From positions 30,970 to 94,969 of the forward strand of contig CASDSK010000038.1 in NCBI GenBank assembly GCA_949283525.1: a DNA stretch of 64,000 bases, given 5' to 3'. Under the pieces are notes generated by a model. That model made no database searches. It saw only the letters and a program-made list of their open reading frames with translations, and had not been told where the DNA came from. This document shows, in pieces, positions 17,749 to 27,822 of this stretch. Numbering within the stretch: position 1 is the stretch's first letter; the number at the start of each line of letters is the position of its first letter. This stretch comes from an uncultured Eubacteriales bacterium. Its GTDB lineage: Bacteria; Bacillota; Clostridia; Christensenellales; UBA1242. The position numbers were made by a program, and so were the translations under genes.

Positions 17749-19440
17749 TTATTTTTTAACTATATCCACTCCCCCATTATTACCATTTACTAAAATCCTA
17801 TCGTATTTTGCCAATTCCAAAAGATTATCTTCACCAATACCTGTAACACATGGTAGTCCAAGTTCTCTAGCAATTATAGCTGTATGACAAAGAAAGCCAC
17901 CTTCAGCCGTTACAATTGCTTTAGCTTCTATCATCGCATCAACCCAATCGGGATCAGTATAATAAGTTAATAAAATAGAACCTTTTTTAAATAAATTTAT
18001 TTCATTAGAGTCTTCTAAAAAACAAACATTTCCTTCTACAATACCTTTTGATGCAGGAGTGCCAACTATTTGAGATTTCACATTTTTCGACTCTTTTGCA
18101 ATTATTTTAGTTACGGGGCGATATTGAAGCATATAAAATTTATCATCTTTAATACACCACTCAAAATCACAAATTGCACCTAATGTTTTTTGGTGTTTCT
18201 TCAAAATATCACCTACTAATTTGCCCTTAAATTTAATCCCGTCAACCTTTTGATTAAGTTCAAATTCTTCTGATATAGGAGTTACTTTTCCAGATACTAA
18301 CTTTTCACCACCACCATTAACCCATTCTAAAATCCCAGTTTTTTTACTTTTACCAAGCCAAACACCTGAAATATCCGCATCTATAAATTCTTGTATGACA
18401 ACTGACATATTAGGATGTTTTAATCCAAACTTTGAAATGTATGACTTTACTCTAGAGCAGTTACACGATTCTTTAACTTTCTTTATTGAATCAAGAATAT
18501 CTTCTTTTTTAATACCAATAACAGACAAGAAAAGTCCTGCAAACGAATTATTTTTACTATCCTCACAATTAGCAGAACTTCTAACTGCAAATTTCATATC
18601 GCTTGGTAGTAAAGATAACTTTTCTTTATGCAATTTATTATTTATTGGCAAAATATAAGTTTGAGGAATCATTATATCTTTACTTCTAAGCATTGCTAAG
18701 CCATAATTTTTACCACCAATAATGGATGGTAGTTCATTAATACCAACATCTATAAATTCAGCAATAGTATCAACATTAATGATGCCATTTTGTTCTATTA
18801 ATGTTAACGCTAACATTTCTCTAGCATTTATTTTACTTTCTGGAAATTTAGTTAAAAAAAATTTTACAAATTTATCCCTGCATTTTGAAAACACTGGATA
18901 CAATTTATTATTATGATAAATATTTTGGTTATCCTGCCATTTTTTTAACATTAAATATTTTGTTACAGTCATATTATCGATATTAATATCACTAGCATTT
19001 CCCTTAAAATTTGTAAGAGATGAAGGAAAAATTTTGTCTAATTCTTCTATTTTTTGCAAATAATCAACGCCATAGATTTTACAAAGTTCTTTAGGCATTT
19101 CTTCACTATAAGTAGAACCTTCAGTAATAACTTCTCCTATCCCGTAATATGCATATGCCTCTCTAGCTAATCTCCATGCCAAAATAGTGTCCTTCTCAGC
19201 TTTAGCTTTATTAATATTCTTTATGCTTGCCTTTCTTATAAATGACAAATATTTATTTACGCTAAAGGCATCAGGTTTTTTATCAAAAAATTCAATTGTT
19301 TCATTAACAATTTTTGCAACATTTTTATTTAATAAACTATCAAATAAAATCGTTTCTCGCCATTGTTTGTCTAATACAAAATTATTAAATTTTTGTTTAA
19401 AAATTTTATATTCTTCCCACTTTATATTTTCAAAATACAT
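17749..19440 (-). CDS. PEP-utilising-enzyme-family phosphotransferase: unknown N-terminal domain, ATP-grasp (PPDK_N-like) domain and swivel phosphohistidine domain; no PEP/pyruvate TIM-barrel domain
   Basis: VRSSANCEDSKNNSFAGLF (ATP-grasp). TDPDWVDAMIEAKAIVTAEGGFLCHTAIIARELGLPCVTG (mobile His domain). The first ~235 aa were not recognised. Confidence 0.7.
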   Translation of the reverse strand: MYFENIKWEEYKIFKQKFNNFVLDKQWRETILFDSLLNKNVAKIVNETIEFFDKKPDAFSVNKYLSFIRKASIKNINKAKAEKDTILAWRLAREAYAYYGIGEVITEGSTYSEEMPKELCKIYGVDYLQKIEELDKIFPSSLTNFKGNASDINIDNMTVTKYLMLKKWQDNQNIYHNNKLYPVFSKCRDKFVKFFLTKFPESKINAREMLALTLIEQNGIINVDTIAEFIDVGINELPSIIGGKNYGLAMLRSKDIMIPQTYILPINNKLHKEKLSLLPSDMKFAVRSSANCEDSKNNSFAGLFLSVIGIKKEDILDSIKKVKESCNCSRVKSYISKFGLKHPNMSVVIQEFIDADISGVWLGKSKKTGILEWVNGGGEKLVSGKVTPISEEFELNQKVDGIKFKGKLVGDILKKHQKTLGAICDFEWCIKDDKFYMLQYRPVTKIIAKESKNVKSQIVGTPASKGIVEGNVCFLEDSNEINLFKKGSILLTYYTDPDWVDAMIEAKAIVTAEGGFLCHTAIIARELGLPCVTGIGEDNLLELAKYDRILVNGNNGGVDIVKK

Positions 19441-19540
19441 TTCAATCCTTTTTTAGTCTATATCATTAACTCTTGACTAGACATACAATATAAAAATTTT
19501 CAAATTTTTTATTAAATTAAACTTACTGTAAAAATAAATT

Positions 19541-20212
19541 TTAATACTTATGGTTTTTATTTATTTTAAGAGATTGTACAGCTAATTCAGTATTATTAGC
19601 ATTAGCTACATAACTTCCAGATACAATAATATCAGCTCCAGCATTTATACATTGCTCTACGTTTGTATTATTTATACCACCGTCAATTTCAATCAAGTAT
19701 TTATGATTATTTTCTTTTCTTAAATTCGATAACTCTATAATTTTATTAACTGCACAACTGTTAAAATTTTGTCCACCTGCTCCTGCTTTAACACTCATTA
19801 CTAAAACTAAATCAACTATATCTAAAACAGTATTTATCTCGTTTACATCAGTATTTAAATCTATTGAAATTCCAACCTTTAAATTTTGATTTTTCATATA
19901 AATTAAAGCATTTTTTAATTCTGTTTCATCTTTAAATGCTTCATAATGTATGGTTAAAAAATAGGCATATTTATGTAAAATATCTATATACTGAATTGGG
20001 TTATTTACCATTAGATGAATATCTAAAGGTAATTTTATTTTTTCTGCTAACTCAGCAAGCATTTGTGGAGTATAAGTTTTGTTCTCTACAAAATTTCCAT
20101 CCATTATATCACAATGCAAAAAATCTACCCCATAATTTTTTAATACCATACTTATACTCGGTAGTTCTTCAAATTTAAATGGCAATGTAGATATTGATAC
20201 TTTATTTGGCAT
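19541..20212 (-). CDS. rpe: ribulose-phosphate 3-epimerase
   Basis: HCDIMDGNFVEN, DIHLMV and a C-terminal GAD..V.GS motif. Synteny with rsgA. Confidence 0.85.
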   Translation of the reverse strand: MPNKVSISTLPFKFEELPSISMVLKNYGVDFLHCDIMDGNFVENKTYTPQMLAELAEKIKLPLDIHLMVNNPIQYIDILHKYAYFLTIHYEAFKDETELKNALIYMKNQNLKVGISIDLNTDVNEINTVLDIVDLVLVMSVKAGAGGQNFNSCAVNKIIELSNLRKENNHKYLIEIDGGINNTNVEQCINAGADIIVSGSYVANANNTELAVQSLKINKNHKY

Positions 20213-21095
20213 ACTTCTTTTTGTCCTTTATAATTTTATTTTTTAGTCTAATAAATCTATTATATCTATCAATATTAATTTCACCTTTATTTAAAGCTTT
20301 TATAACTTCACACCCTTCATTATTTGGCAAATGTGAACAATTTGGGAATTTACACTTTATTGCATAGTTCCTAATATCTACAAAATAATGAGTAAATTCA
20401 TTAACTTCTAAGTCATCAATATTTATTGCCTTAAACCCTGGTGTGTCTGCAACTAATGCACCATAATCAGTTAAATATAAATGACAATTTTTTGTAGTAT
20501 TCTTGCCTCTTGTTAATTTATTTCCAACTCGTTTTGCCATAATATCTGTCTTAATATTTTGTATGCCTAATGCATTTAATAATGAAGATTTACCAACTGC
20601 TGACTGTCCTATTAAAACAGAAATTTTATCCTTAGTTAAATTTATAAACTCATCTAGACCTTCTTTTGTATATGAACTTAATACAATAATTTTGTTTACA
20701 CATTTATTGTACTGCAACTTCACTAATTCAATAAAATCATTTGAAATAATATCACTTTTACTAATAATAATATAAGGTTCTATTTTTTCTATCCCTAATG
20801 AAATTAAAATCTTATCTACAACAAAAAAGTCTGGTTTAGGAACTTCACTAATTGTAATGAAAGCGTTATCTATATTTGAGATATTAGGTCTATCAATGTG
20901 ATTTTTTCTTTCTAATAATTTTGTTATTAAATTATTATCTAATGAAGCATCATAAATAAATTCAACATTATCTCCAGCACAAAGTCCTTCTAATTTAATT
21001 TGTTTAGGACATAAGGCATCTAACTTTTTACCATTAGAAGACAATAATACGTTAGCACCGACAACATTTAACACTTTGCCAATATTATTCATCAT
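20202..21095 (-). CDS. rsgA: ribosome small-subunit-dependent GTPase A
   Basis: GQSAVGKSSLLNAL, DTPGF, and zinc knuckle CKFPNCSHLPNNEGCEV. Confidence 0.85.
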   Translation of the reverse strand: MMNNIGKVLNVVGANVLLSSNGKKLDALCPKQIKLEGLCAGDNVEFIYDASLDNNLITKLLERKNHIDRPNISNIDNAFITISEVPKPDFFVVDKILISLGIEKIEPYIIISKSDIISNDFIELVKLQYNKCVNKIIVLSSYTKEGLDEFINLTKDKISVLIGQSAVGKSSLLNALGIQNIKTDIMAKRVGNKLTRGKNTTKNCHLYLTDYGALVADTPGFKAINIDDLEVNEFTHYFVDIRNYAIKCKFPNCSHLPNNEGCEVIKALNKGEINIDRYNRFIRLKNKIIKDKKKYAK

Positions 21096-22119
21096 TCTCC
21101 TCCTTCAATTGTTTTCTGCGCAATTGTCCACACGCTCCTTCTATCTCACTGCCTAAAGATTTTCTTATTGTTACAGAACGTCCCATTTTACACAAATATT
21201 CTTTAAACTTTTCTATGTTTGTTGAATTTTTAAGACCTCTTTCTTTAACATAATTAAGTGGAATTAAATTTATATGACATCTAATGCCGTATGTTATTTC
21301 GTATAATTTTTTTGCGTCTACAATAGTATCATTAACATCGTTAATTAATGTATACTCAAAAACTACTCGCCTACCAGTCTTTTGTTCGTAATGTTTTACA
21401 CTTTTCATTAAAGTATCTATATCATATTTATTAGCAATTGGCATTATTTCTTGACGTTTATTTTGAAAAGCACTATGCAAAGAAATTGTTAGTATAATAC
21501 CTGAGAAATCTTCTGCAAGTTTATAAATTTTATCTGCTATACCACAAGTTGATAAAGAAATATTTCTTCGTGAAAAATTAAAGCCATTTTCATCCGTTAG
21601 TATTTCTAGAAATTTAATAACATTATCATAATTATCAAGAGGTTCTCCACTTCCCATCAATACAATATTAGTAATTTTGCGATTTTTAATGTCGCCACCT
21701 AAAAATTTGTTTACAGCGACAACTTGTCCTAATATTTCCCCACAAGATAAATTTCTAACAAGCCCATCCAATGTAGAAGCACAGAATTTGCAACCCATTC
21801 TACAACCAACTTGTGTGGAAACACACAATGTATTTCCATACCTATTATACATAACAATTCCTTCAATAATATTGTCATCGTATAATTTATACAAAAATTT
21901 TGTTGCACTATCGCCTTCGTAAGTTTTATAAATTTTTATAGGCGACCAAACATAATTTAACAAACTTTCTTTAAGGTGTTTAGGCAAAGTTGTATTTTCA
22001 TCTAGTTCAATCCCAGAAAGTAAACTATTATAAATTTGTTTAGCACGAAATTTTGATTCATTCATTTCAACTATCTTTTTTTCAAGCTCATTTAAGTTAT
22101 AATCAAGTAAAATGTTCAC
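21085..22119 (-). CDS. rlmN: 23S rRNA/tRNA A2503 methyltransferase (radical SAM)
   Basis: GCRMGCKFCAS, MGSGEPL and a C-terminal GACGQL motif. Confidence 0.9.
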   Translation of the reverse strand: MNILLDYNLNELEKKIVEMNESKFRAKQIYNSLLSGIELDENTTLPKHLKESLLNYVWSPIKIYKTYEGDSATKFLYKLYDDNIIEGIVMYNRYGNTLCVSTQVGCRMGCKFCASTLDGLVRNLSCGEILGQVVAVNKFLGGDIKNRKITNIVLMGSGEPLDNYDNVIKFLEILTDENGFNFSRRNISLSTCGIADKIYKLAEDFSGIILTISLHSAFQNKRQEIMPIANKYDIDTLMKSVKHYEQKTGRRVVFEYTLINDVNDTIVDAKKLYEITYGIRCHINLIPLNYVKERGLKNSTNIEKFKEYLCKMGRSVTIRKSLGSEIEGACGQLRRKQLKEENDE

Positions 22120-22128
22120 TTTATCTCC

Positions 22129-24324
22129 TTAACTCAAATTTTGTTGATTAATTTCTACAAATAATGAAACTTTATTGTCTTTATTTTCATCAACTATATC
22201 ATAAATTTTTTGTATAATTTCATTATGTAAATTTTCTTTATACCTTAACAAAATTTGGTATCTATATTTATTTTGAATTCTCTTGACTGGCGAATTCATT
22301 GCTCCCACGTAGTAAATATCATTTCCATATTCTTTAAGTAAAGATTTAACTTTAAAGAAAATAGTTGTTAAATATTCTTTTACTCTTAACTCATCACCAC
22401 CAACAAACAACAACCTTACAATTTTTGAAAAAGGTGGAAAATTTGTTATTTGCCTTAAATTAATTTCTTTATTATAAAAACCTAAATAATCATTCTCTAC
22501 TGCTTTTTTGTAAACGAAATGTTTAGGCGAATAAGTTTGTAATACAACAATTCCATTTTTCTCAGCACGTCCACTTCTTCCTGCTACCTGAGTTATTAAT
22601 TGATATGTCCTTTCGTTACTTCTAAAGTCAGCAAAATGCAAACTTAGGTCAGCATCAATTATTCCAACAAATGAAACATTAGGAAAATCGTGCCCTTTGG
22701 CAACCATTTGCGTGCCTACAAGTATACTAGGTAAACATTCACTAAATTGCTTTAAAATATTAAAATGTGCATTTTTTGTTTTTGTAGTATCGTTATCCAT
22801 TCTAAATATTGGGACATTTGGAAAAGCTTTTTGCAGTTCTTCAACTACTCTTTCAGTTCCAATAGCTCCCTGCTTTATTTTGTCACTACCACAAATAGGA
22901 CATTTATTTAAAACTCTAAATCTTTTTCCGCAAAAATGGCATTTTAATTGACTATCTTCCTTGTGTAAAACTAAAGACACATCACAATCTGTACATTTAG
23001 CAACATAACCACAATCAACACACCTAACGAATGAAGAATAGCCTCTGCGATTAATAAATACTATTGCTTGATTATTCGAATCTATACATTTTTTTAGTTC
23101 GTCTTGGAATTTATATGAAAAGGGAGATGCATTACCTCTAGATAATTCTGCACACATATCTACAATATGTATTTTAGGCATTTGTTTTTTGTTTACCCTT
23201 TCCTTAAGTTCTAATAATTTTAATTTACCTGATTGTGCCTTTTGATAGGTTTCAAGACTAGGAGTAGCACTCCCAAGTATAAAATTTGCATTATTTATTT
23301 TGGCTCTAAACTCAGCAACTTCGTGCGTATTATATCGTGGATTACTTTCACTAATGTAACTGGAGTCGTGCTCTTCATCAATAATTATAGCACCAATATT
23401 TTCTAAAGGTGCAAATATTGCAGAACGCACGCCAACTGCTATTTTTGCTTTGCCAGTTTTTAGACGTTGCCATTCGTCATAACGTTCTCCAGATGAAAGC
23501 CCACTATGTAAAATAGCAACTTTATCCCCAAATCTTGATGTGAAATTCGATAATACTTGACTTGTTAATGAGATTTCAGGTACCAACATTATGGCAGATT
23601 TACCTTGTTTTAAACAATTTTCAATAACTCTCATATAAACTTCAGTTTTACCACTTCCAGTTACGCCGTGTAATAAGAACTGAGAATTTTCGCTACTAAT
23701 AATTTTATCTAATACATATTTTTGCCCTTCATTAAGAGTTACATCTTTTTTTTCTAACTGCAATACTACGGGTCGTCTTTCTACTATTTTCTCACAAATA
23801 TTAATTATGCCTTTTTTCTCTAATGCCATAACAGCACTTCGTGAGAACATTTCACATATCTTTGAAAAATCAGCGACGTGATTGGCTCTCATATAGCACA
23901 AAAGATTTTTTTGTTGATAAGCATTTTTTTTGAATTCAATTGTAGGCTCTTCATCATAAAATTTTTCATCTAAAACAATATAATTTTTGTATTTTTCCCT
24001 AACTTTACCCCCACGCATTTCTGCAGGTAAAAAAAGTCTTAAAATATCTACCATACGCAAGTGATATGTACTTTTCATAAAACTTGCTAATTCAAACATT
24101 TGCTGACTAATTACAGGTGCAACAGTTAAAATTTTTTCAACAGTTTTTAACTTATCAACTGGAACTTCAGTAGTATCTTTAATAGATATACAAAATCCTT
24201 CAATTACTTTATTGCCAAAAGGGACTAACACCATTTGTCCTGCTTGCAGTCCCTCTATCGTTTTATAATCAAATATTTTATCAACAGACTCATTCGATAA
24301 GTCGACAATGATTTCTGCTATCAT
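22129..24324 (-). CDS. priA: primosomal replication-restart helicase PriA
   Basis: GVTGSGKTEVY, DEEHD, and Cys4 zinc fingers (CVDCGYVAKCTDCD...CHFCG...CPICGS). Confidence 0.9.
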   Translation of the reverse strand: MIAEIIVDLSNESVDKIFDYKTIEGLQAGQMVLVPFGNKVIEGFCISIKDTTEVPVDKLKTVEKILTVAPVISQQMFELASFMKSTYHLRMVDILRLFLPAEMRGGKVREKYKNYIVLDEKFYDEEPTIEFKKNAYQQKNLLCYMRANHVADFSKICEMFSRSAVMALEKKGIINICEKIVERRPVVLQLEKKDVTLNEGQKYVLDKIISSENSQFLLHGVTGSGKTEVYMRVIENCLKQGKSAIMLVPEISLTSQVLSNFTSRFGDKVAILHSGLSSGERYDEWQRLKTGKAKIAVGVRSAIFAPLENIGAIIIDEEHDSSYISESNPRYNTHEVAEFRAKINNANFILGSATPSLETYQKAQSGKLKLLELKERVNKKQMPKIHIVDMCAELSRGNASPFSYKFQDELKKCIDSNNQAIVFINRRGYSSFVRCVDCGYVAKCTDCDVSLVLHKEDSQLKCHFCGKRFRVLNKCPICGSDKIKQGAIGTERVVEELQKAFPNVPIFRMDNDTTKTKNAHFNILKQFSECLPSILVGTQMVAKGHDFPNVSFVGIIDADLSLHFADFRSNERTYQLITQVAGRSGRAEKNGIVVLQTYSPKHFVYKKAVENDYLGFYNKEINLRQITNFPPFSKIVRLLFVGGDELRVKEYLTTIFFKVKSLLKEYGNDIYYVGAMNSPVKRIQNKYRYQILLRYKENLHNEIIQKIYDIVDENKDNKVSLFVEINQQNLS

Positions 24325-24528
24325 CTAATCCTCACTTGGCACTATAATACCTGCTTCAATTTCTTCTAAAGCCTGAGTAATTTCTTTTTTGTCAACAGGA
24401 GTTTCCACTCCTTCAAAATATCTTTTGCTTGCTATTTCCTTTGCTCTTTTTTCAGCAACAATACAAAGTTTGTATTTATTATAATTTGTATTTTTTAATA
24501 ATGATTCAATTGGTGGCTCAATCATCAT
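24325..24528 (-). CDS. rpoZ: RNA polymerase omega subunit
   Basis: 67 aa. N-terminus PPIESLLKNTNYNKYKLCIVAEKRAKEI. Directly abuts the priA start. Confidence 0.8.
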   Translation of the reverse strand: MMIEPPIESLLKNTNYNKYKLCIVAEKRAKEIASKRYFEGVETPVDKKEITQALEEIEAGIIVPSED

Positions 24529-24540
24529 AATAATTTTCTC

Positions 24541-25974
24541 CTAATTATCTAAAATCTCTTTAATAATTTTACTTGCAATTTGAGGGTTTGCTTTCCCTTG
24601 TGTTTTTTTCATTAATTGTCCAATAAAGAAAGACAATGCTTTAGTATTACCTGATTTGTAATCTTGAACTGACTGTGGAAATTCTTTTATTAATTCTAAC
24701 ACCTTATTTTTGATATCGTCCTCATCATTGTTTTGTGTTAATCCACGCTCAGCAACAATCTTTTTGCAGTCTTCATCTGTTTCCCAAATCTCGTCAAATA
24801 ACTCCCTACATATTGCTTGACTTATTTGTTTAGACTCATACATACTCAAAAGGTTTGCAAAATTTTCAGCACTTATTGGAACAACTAAATCATCACTACT
24901 ATCATCTTTAACTTTCTTTAATAGTGTTGTCAAAATAAAGTTACAAACAAATTTAGGTTTATAAAAATAAGAAATAACTTTATCAAAATATTTAACTAAA
25001 TTTAAATCATTTGTTAGAACTTCAGCATCGTAATTGCTTAAACCTAATTCATCAACATAATATTTAATTTTTTGCTCTCTTAATTGTGGCATTGATTTTT
25101 TAATTTCATCAACAAAAATTTTTTCAATTTTAAATGGTAATAAATCTGGGTCAGGAAAATACCTATAATCTTGAGCGTCTTCCTTTTTGCGCATTGAAAA
25201 ACTTCTATTTCTAGCATCATCCCATCTTCTTGTTTCCTGAACTATCTTTTCCCCTTCATCAAGAAGTCTGCTTTGACGTTTTATTTCATATTCTATAGCC
25301 CTAGCAACTGAACGGAATGAATTTAAATTCTTCATCTCTGCTCTGACACCTAATTCCTTAGAGCCCTTTGGCTTTAAGGAAATATTAATATCACATCTCA
25401 AAGACCCTTGTTCCATTTTACAATCTGATACTTCAATATACTGTAAAATGTTTCTTAATTTAGCCAAATATTTAACTGCTTCTTCAGCACTAGACATATC
25501 TGGTTCACTCACAATCTCGATTAAAGGAGTTCCACCTCTATTATAGTCTATCATAGTTCCACCTATTTTGTGGTTATGAATTAACTTAGCAGCGTCTTCT
25601 TCTAAATGAATTCTATTTAATCTTATAAATTTTTTGTTTCCATCTTCCGTATCTATTTCTATTCCACCACCGACACAAATAGGTCTAACGGCTTGAGATA
25701 TTTGATAAGCCTTCGCCAAATCCGGATAAAAATAATTTTTTCTTTCGAATATAGCAACATCATTAATTTGACTACCTACAGCAAGCCCTGCTTTAATAGT
25801 CATTTTCACTGCTTCTTTATTTGGAATTGGTAAAGATCCCGGTAATCCAATACAAACAGGACAGCAGTGAGTATTAGGTTCTCCACCAAACTCGTTTAAA
25901 CATCCACAAAAAACTTTTGACTTTGTTTTAAGTTCGGAATGAACTTCCAGCCCTATAACAACATCATATTCCAT
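24541..25974 (-). CDS. gatB: Asp/Glu-tRNA amidotransferase subunit B
   Basis: GLEVHSELKTKSKVFCGC and the full-length GatB pattern. Confidence 0.95.
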   Translation of the reverse strand: MEYDVVIGLEVHSELKTKSKVFCGCLNEFGGEPNTHCCPVCIGLPGSLPIPNKEAVKMTIKAGLAVGSQINDVAIFERKNYFYPDLAKAYQISQAVRPICVGGGIEIDTEDGNKKFIRLNRIHLEEDAAKLIHNHKIGGTMIDYNRGGTPLIEIVSEPDMSSAEEAVKYLAKLRNILQYIEVSDCKMEQGSLRCDINISLKPKGSKELGVRAEMKNLNSFRSVARAIEYEIKRQSRLLDEGEKIVQETRRWDDARNRSFSMRKKEDAQDYRYFPDPDLLPFKIEKIFVDEIKKSMPQLREQKIKYYVDELGLSNYDAEVLTNDLNLVKYFDKVISYFYKPKFVCNFILTTLLKKVKDDSSDDLVVPISAENFANLLSMYESKQISQAICRELFDEIWETDEDCKKIVAERGLTQNNDEDDIKNKVLELIKEFPQSVQDYKSGNTKALSFFIGQLMKKTQGKANPQIASKIIKEILDN

Positions 25975-27428
25975 TATTTAACCTCTCTTATAGAAAAGCA
26001 ATTTTTCTCAAAATAATCACCTAAATTATATAATTTACTTTCACTAAACCTATCGCCAATAAGTTGTAGCCCTAACGGCATTCCATTTTTGTCTACGCCA
26101 CAAGGGATAGACAAAGCCGATAATGTAGCAACATTTACAGGCACAGTATAAATATCATTTAAATACATTTCCAAAGGATTATTAACTTTTTCGCCAATTT
26201 TAAAAGCAGATGACGGAGTTGTAGGAGAAATGATAACATCGCATTTAGAAAACGCATTCTTAAATTCACTAATAATTAAATTTTGAACGGCCTTAGCCTT
26301 ATTATAATAAGCATCAAAATAACCACTAGACAATACAAAATTGCCAAGCATAATACGTCTTTTGACTTCTTTACCGAATCCTTTTGTTCTAGATTTAATA
26401 TAAAAATCTACTATATCAGCAAACTCATCAGTAGGCACTCCGTATTTAATACCATCAAAACGTGCTAAATTCGACGCTGCTTCAGCACTAGACAAAACAT
26501 AATAGACTGCGAGTGCATCTTTAATATGAGGTAAACTTATCTCTATAATTTCTGCACCATTTTGTTTGAAAAATTCAATAGCATTTGTACAACTTTTTAT
26601 TACTTGTTCATTTTCTAATAAATCAAAGAATTCTTTTGCAATTCCTATTTTTAATCCTTTAATACTATTATTAAAACTATCTTTGTAATAATTTTCTTTC
26701 TTCACATCACAACTTGTAAATTCTTTGTTATCATAACCAGCTATCGCGTCAAGCATAATAGCATTATCTCGAACAGTTTTAGTTATTGGCCCTACTTGGT
26801 CAAGTGAAGATGCAAAAGCAACTACACCATACCTAGATACTAAGCCGTAAGTAGGTTTCAAACCTACGACGCCACAAAATGCAGATGGTTGTCTAATAGA
26901 TCCACCTGTATCAGTTCCTAGAGAAGCAAAACATTGATTACCTGCTACAGTTCCAGCAGACCCTCCAGATGACCCTCCGGTAACATATTCAGGATTGATA
27001 GGATTATGAACAACTCCAAACGCACAATTTTCACTAGAACTTCCCATTGCAAATTCATCCATATTCGCTTTGCCAATTATAATTGCTCCTGCTTGTATTA
27101 ATTTATCAACAACTGTAGCATTATAAGGAGAAACATAATTAGCCAAAAACTTCGATGAACAAGTAGTCAATGTGTCTTTCATATTAATATTATCTTTGAT
27201 AATTATAGGAACTCCAGATAATGGGGTTAATTTTTCACCTTTTGTTCTTTTTTCATCAATGATTTGTGCAACATCTAATGCTTGTTCATTATAAGTTTCA
27301 CGCAATAAATTCAAACTTTTTGTTTGTTCAATTTGCTTTAAACTTTCTTTCACTAATTCAACTGAACTAATTTGTTTATTATTAAGTAAATTAGATACAT
27401 TTTCAATTGTTTCTTTCATTATTTCCAT
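25974..27428 (-). CDS. gatA: Asp/Glu-tRNA amidotransferase subunit A
   Basis: Amidase signature GGSSGGSAGTVA. Confidence 0.95.
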   Translation of the reverse strand: MEIMKETIENVSNLLNNKQISSVELVKESLKQIEQTKSLNLLRETYNEQALDVAQIIDEKRTKGEKLTPLSGVPIIIKDNINMKDTLTTCSSKFLANYVSPYNATVVDKLIQAGAIIIGKANMDEFAMGSSSENCAFGVVHNPINPEYVTGGSSGGSAGTVAGNQCFASLGTDTGGSIRQPSAFCGVVGLKPTYGLVSRYGVVAFASSLDQVGPITKTVRDNAIMLDAIAGYDNKEFTSCDVKKENYYKDSFNNSIKGLKIGIAKEFFDLLENEQVIKSCTNAIEFFKQNGAEIIEISLPHIKDALAVYYVLSSAEAASNLARFDGIKYGVPTDEFADIVDFYIKSRTKGFGKEVKRRIMLGNFVLSSGYFDAYYNKAKAVQNLIISEFKNAFSKCDVIISPTTPSSAFKIGEKVNNPLEMYLNDIYTVPVNVATLSALSIPCGVDKNGMPLGLQLIGDRFSESKLYNLGDYFEKNCFSIREVK

Positions 27429-27429
27429 A

Positions 27430-27726
27430 TTATTCCACCACCGTTGGGGCTATGAAATAGCCATCTTTATTTTTTGGTGCATTACCTACAATCTCATTAT
27501 TTGGCAATGACTCTTTTACTTCATCGTCTCTTAATTCTTCAAAATTTTTTATAGTAGTATTATCTACAATATTTGAGGTATCTATTTTTTGTAATTGGTC
27601 AACATATTCAATTATTGAATTCAAGTCTACAATGAAATTTGAAATTTCATCTTCATTAAATTCAAGTCTCGACAAAGAAGCCAAATGTTTAATTTCTTTT
27701 TCTGTAACTTTCATATTAGTCTCCAA
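27430..27726 (-). CDS. gatC: Asp/Glu-tRNA amidotransferase subunit C
   Basis: 98 aa, HLASLSRLEFNEDE motif, first gene of gatCAB. Confidence 0.85.
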   Translation of the reverse strand: METNMKVTEKEIKHLASLSRLEFNEDEISNFIVDLNSIIEYVDQLQKIDTSNIVDNTTIKNFEELRDDEVKESLPNNEIVGNAPKNKDGYFIAPTVVE

Positions 27727-27750
27727 TGTTTTTTAGTATACCATAAAAGC

Positions 27751-27784
27751 AAAAAAAATTCAAGCAAATTAAACAATGCTTGAT
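27751..27784 (-). terminator. intrinsic terminator after ligA
   Basis: Minus-strand RNA UCAAGCA-loop-UGCUUGA followed by a U-run. Confidence 0.6.
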
Positions 27785-27822
27785 ATTTTTTATCAAATAT
27801 GTTCTTAGACTTTATGATATCT

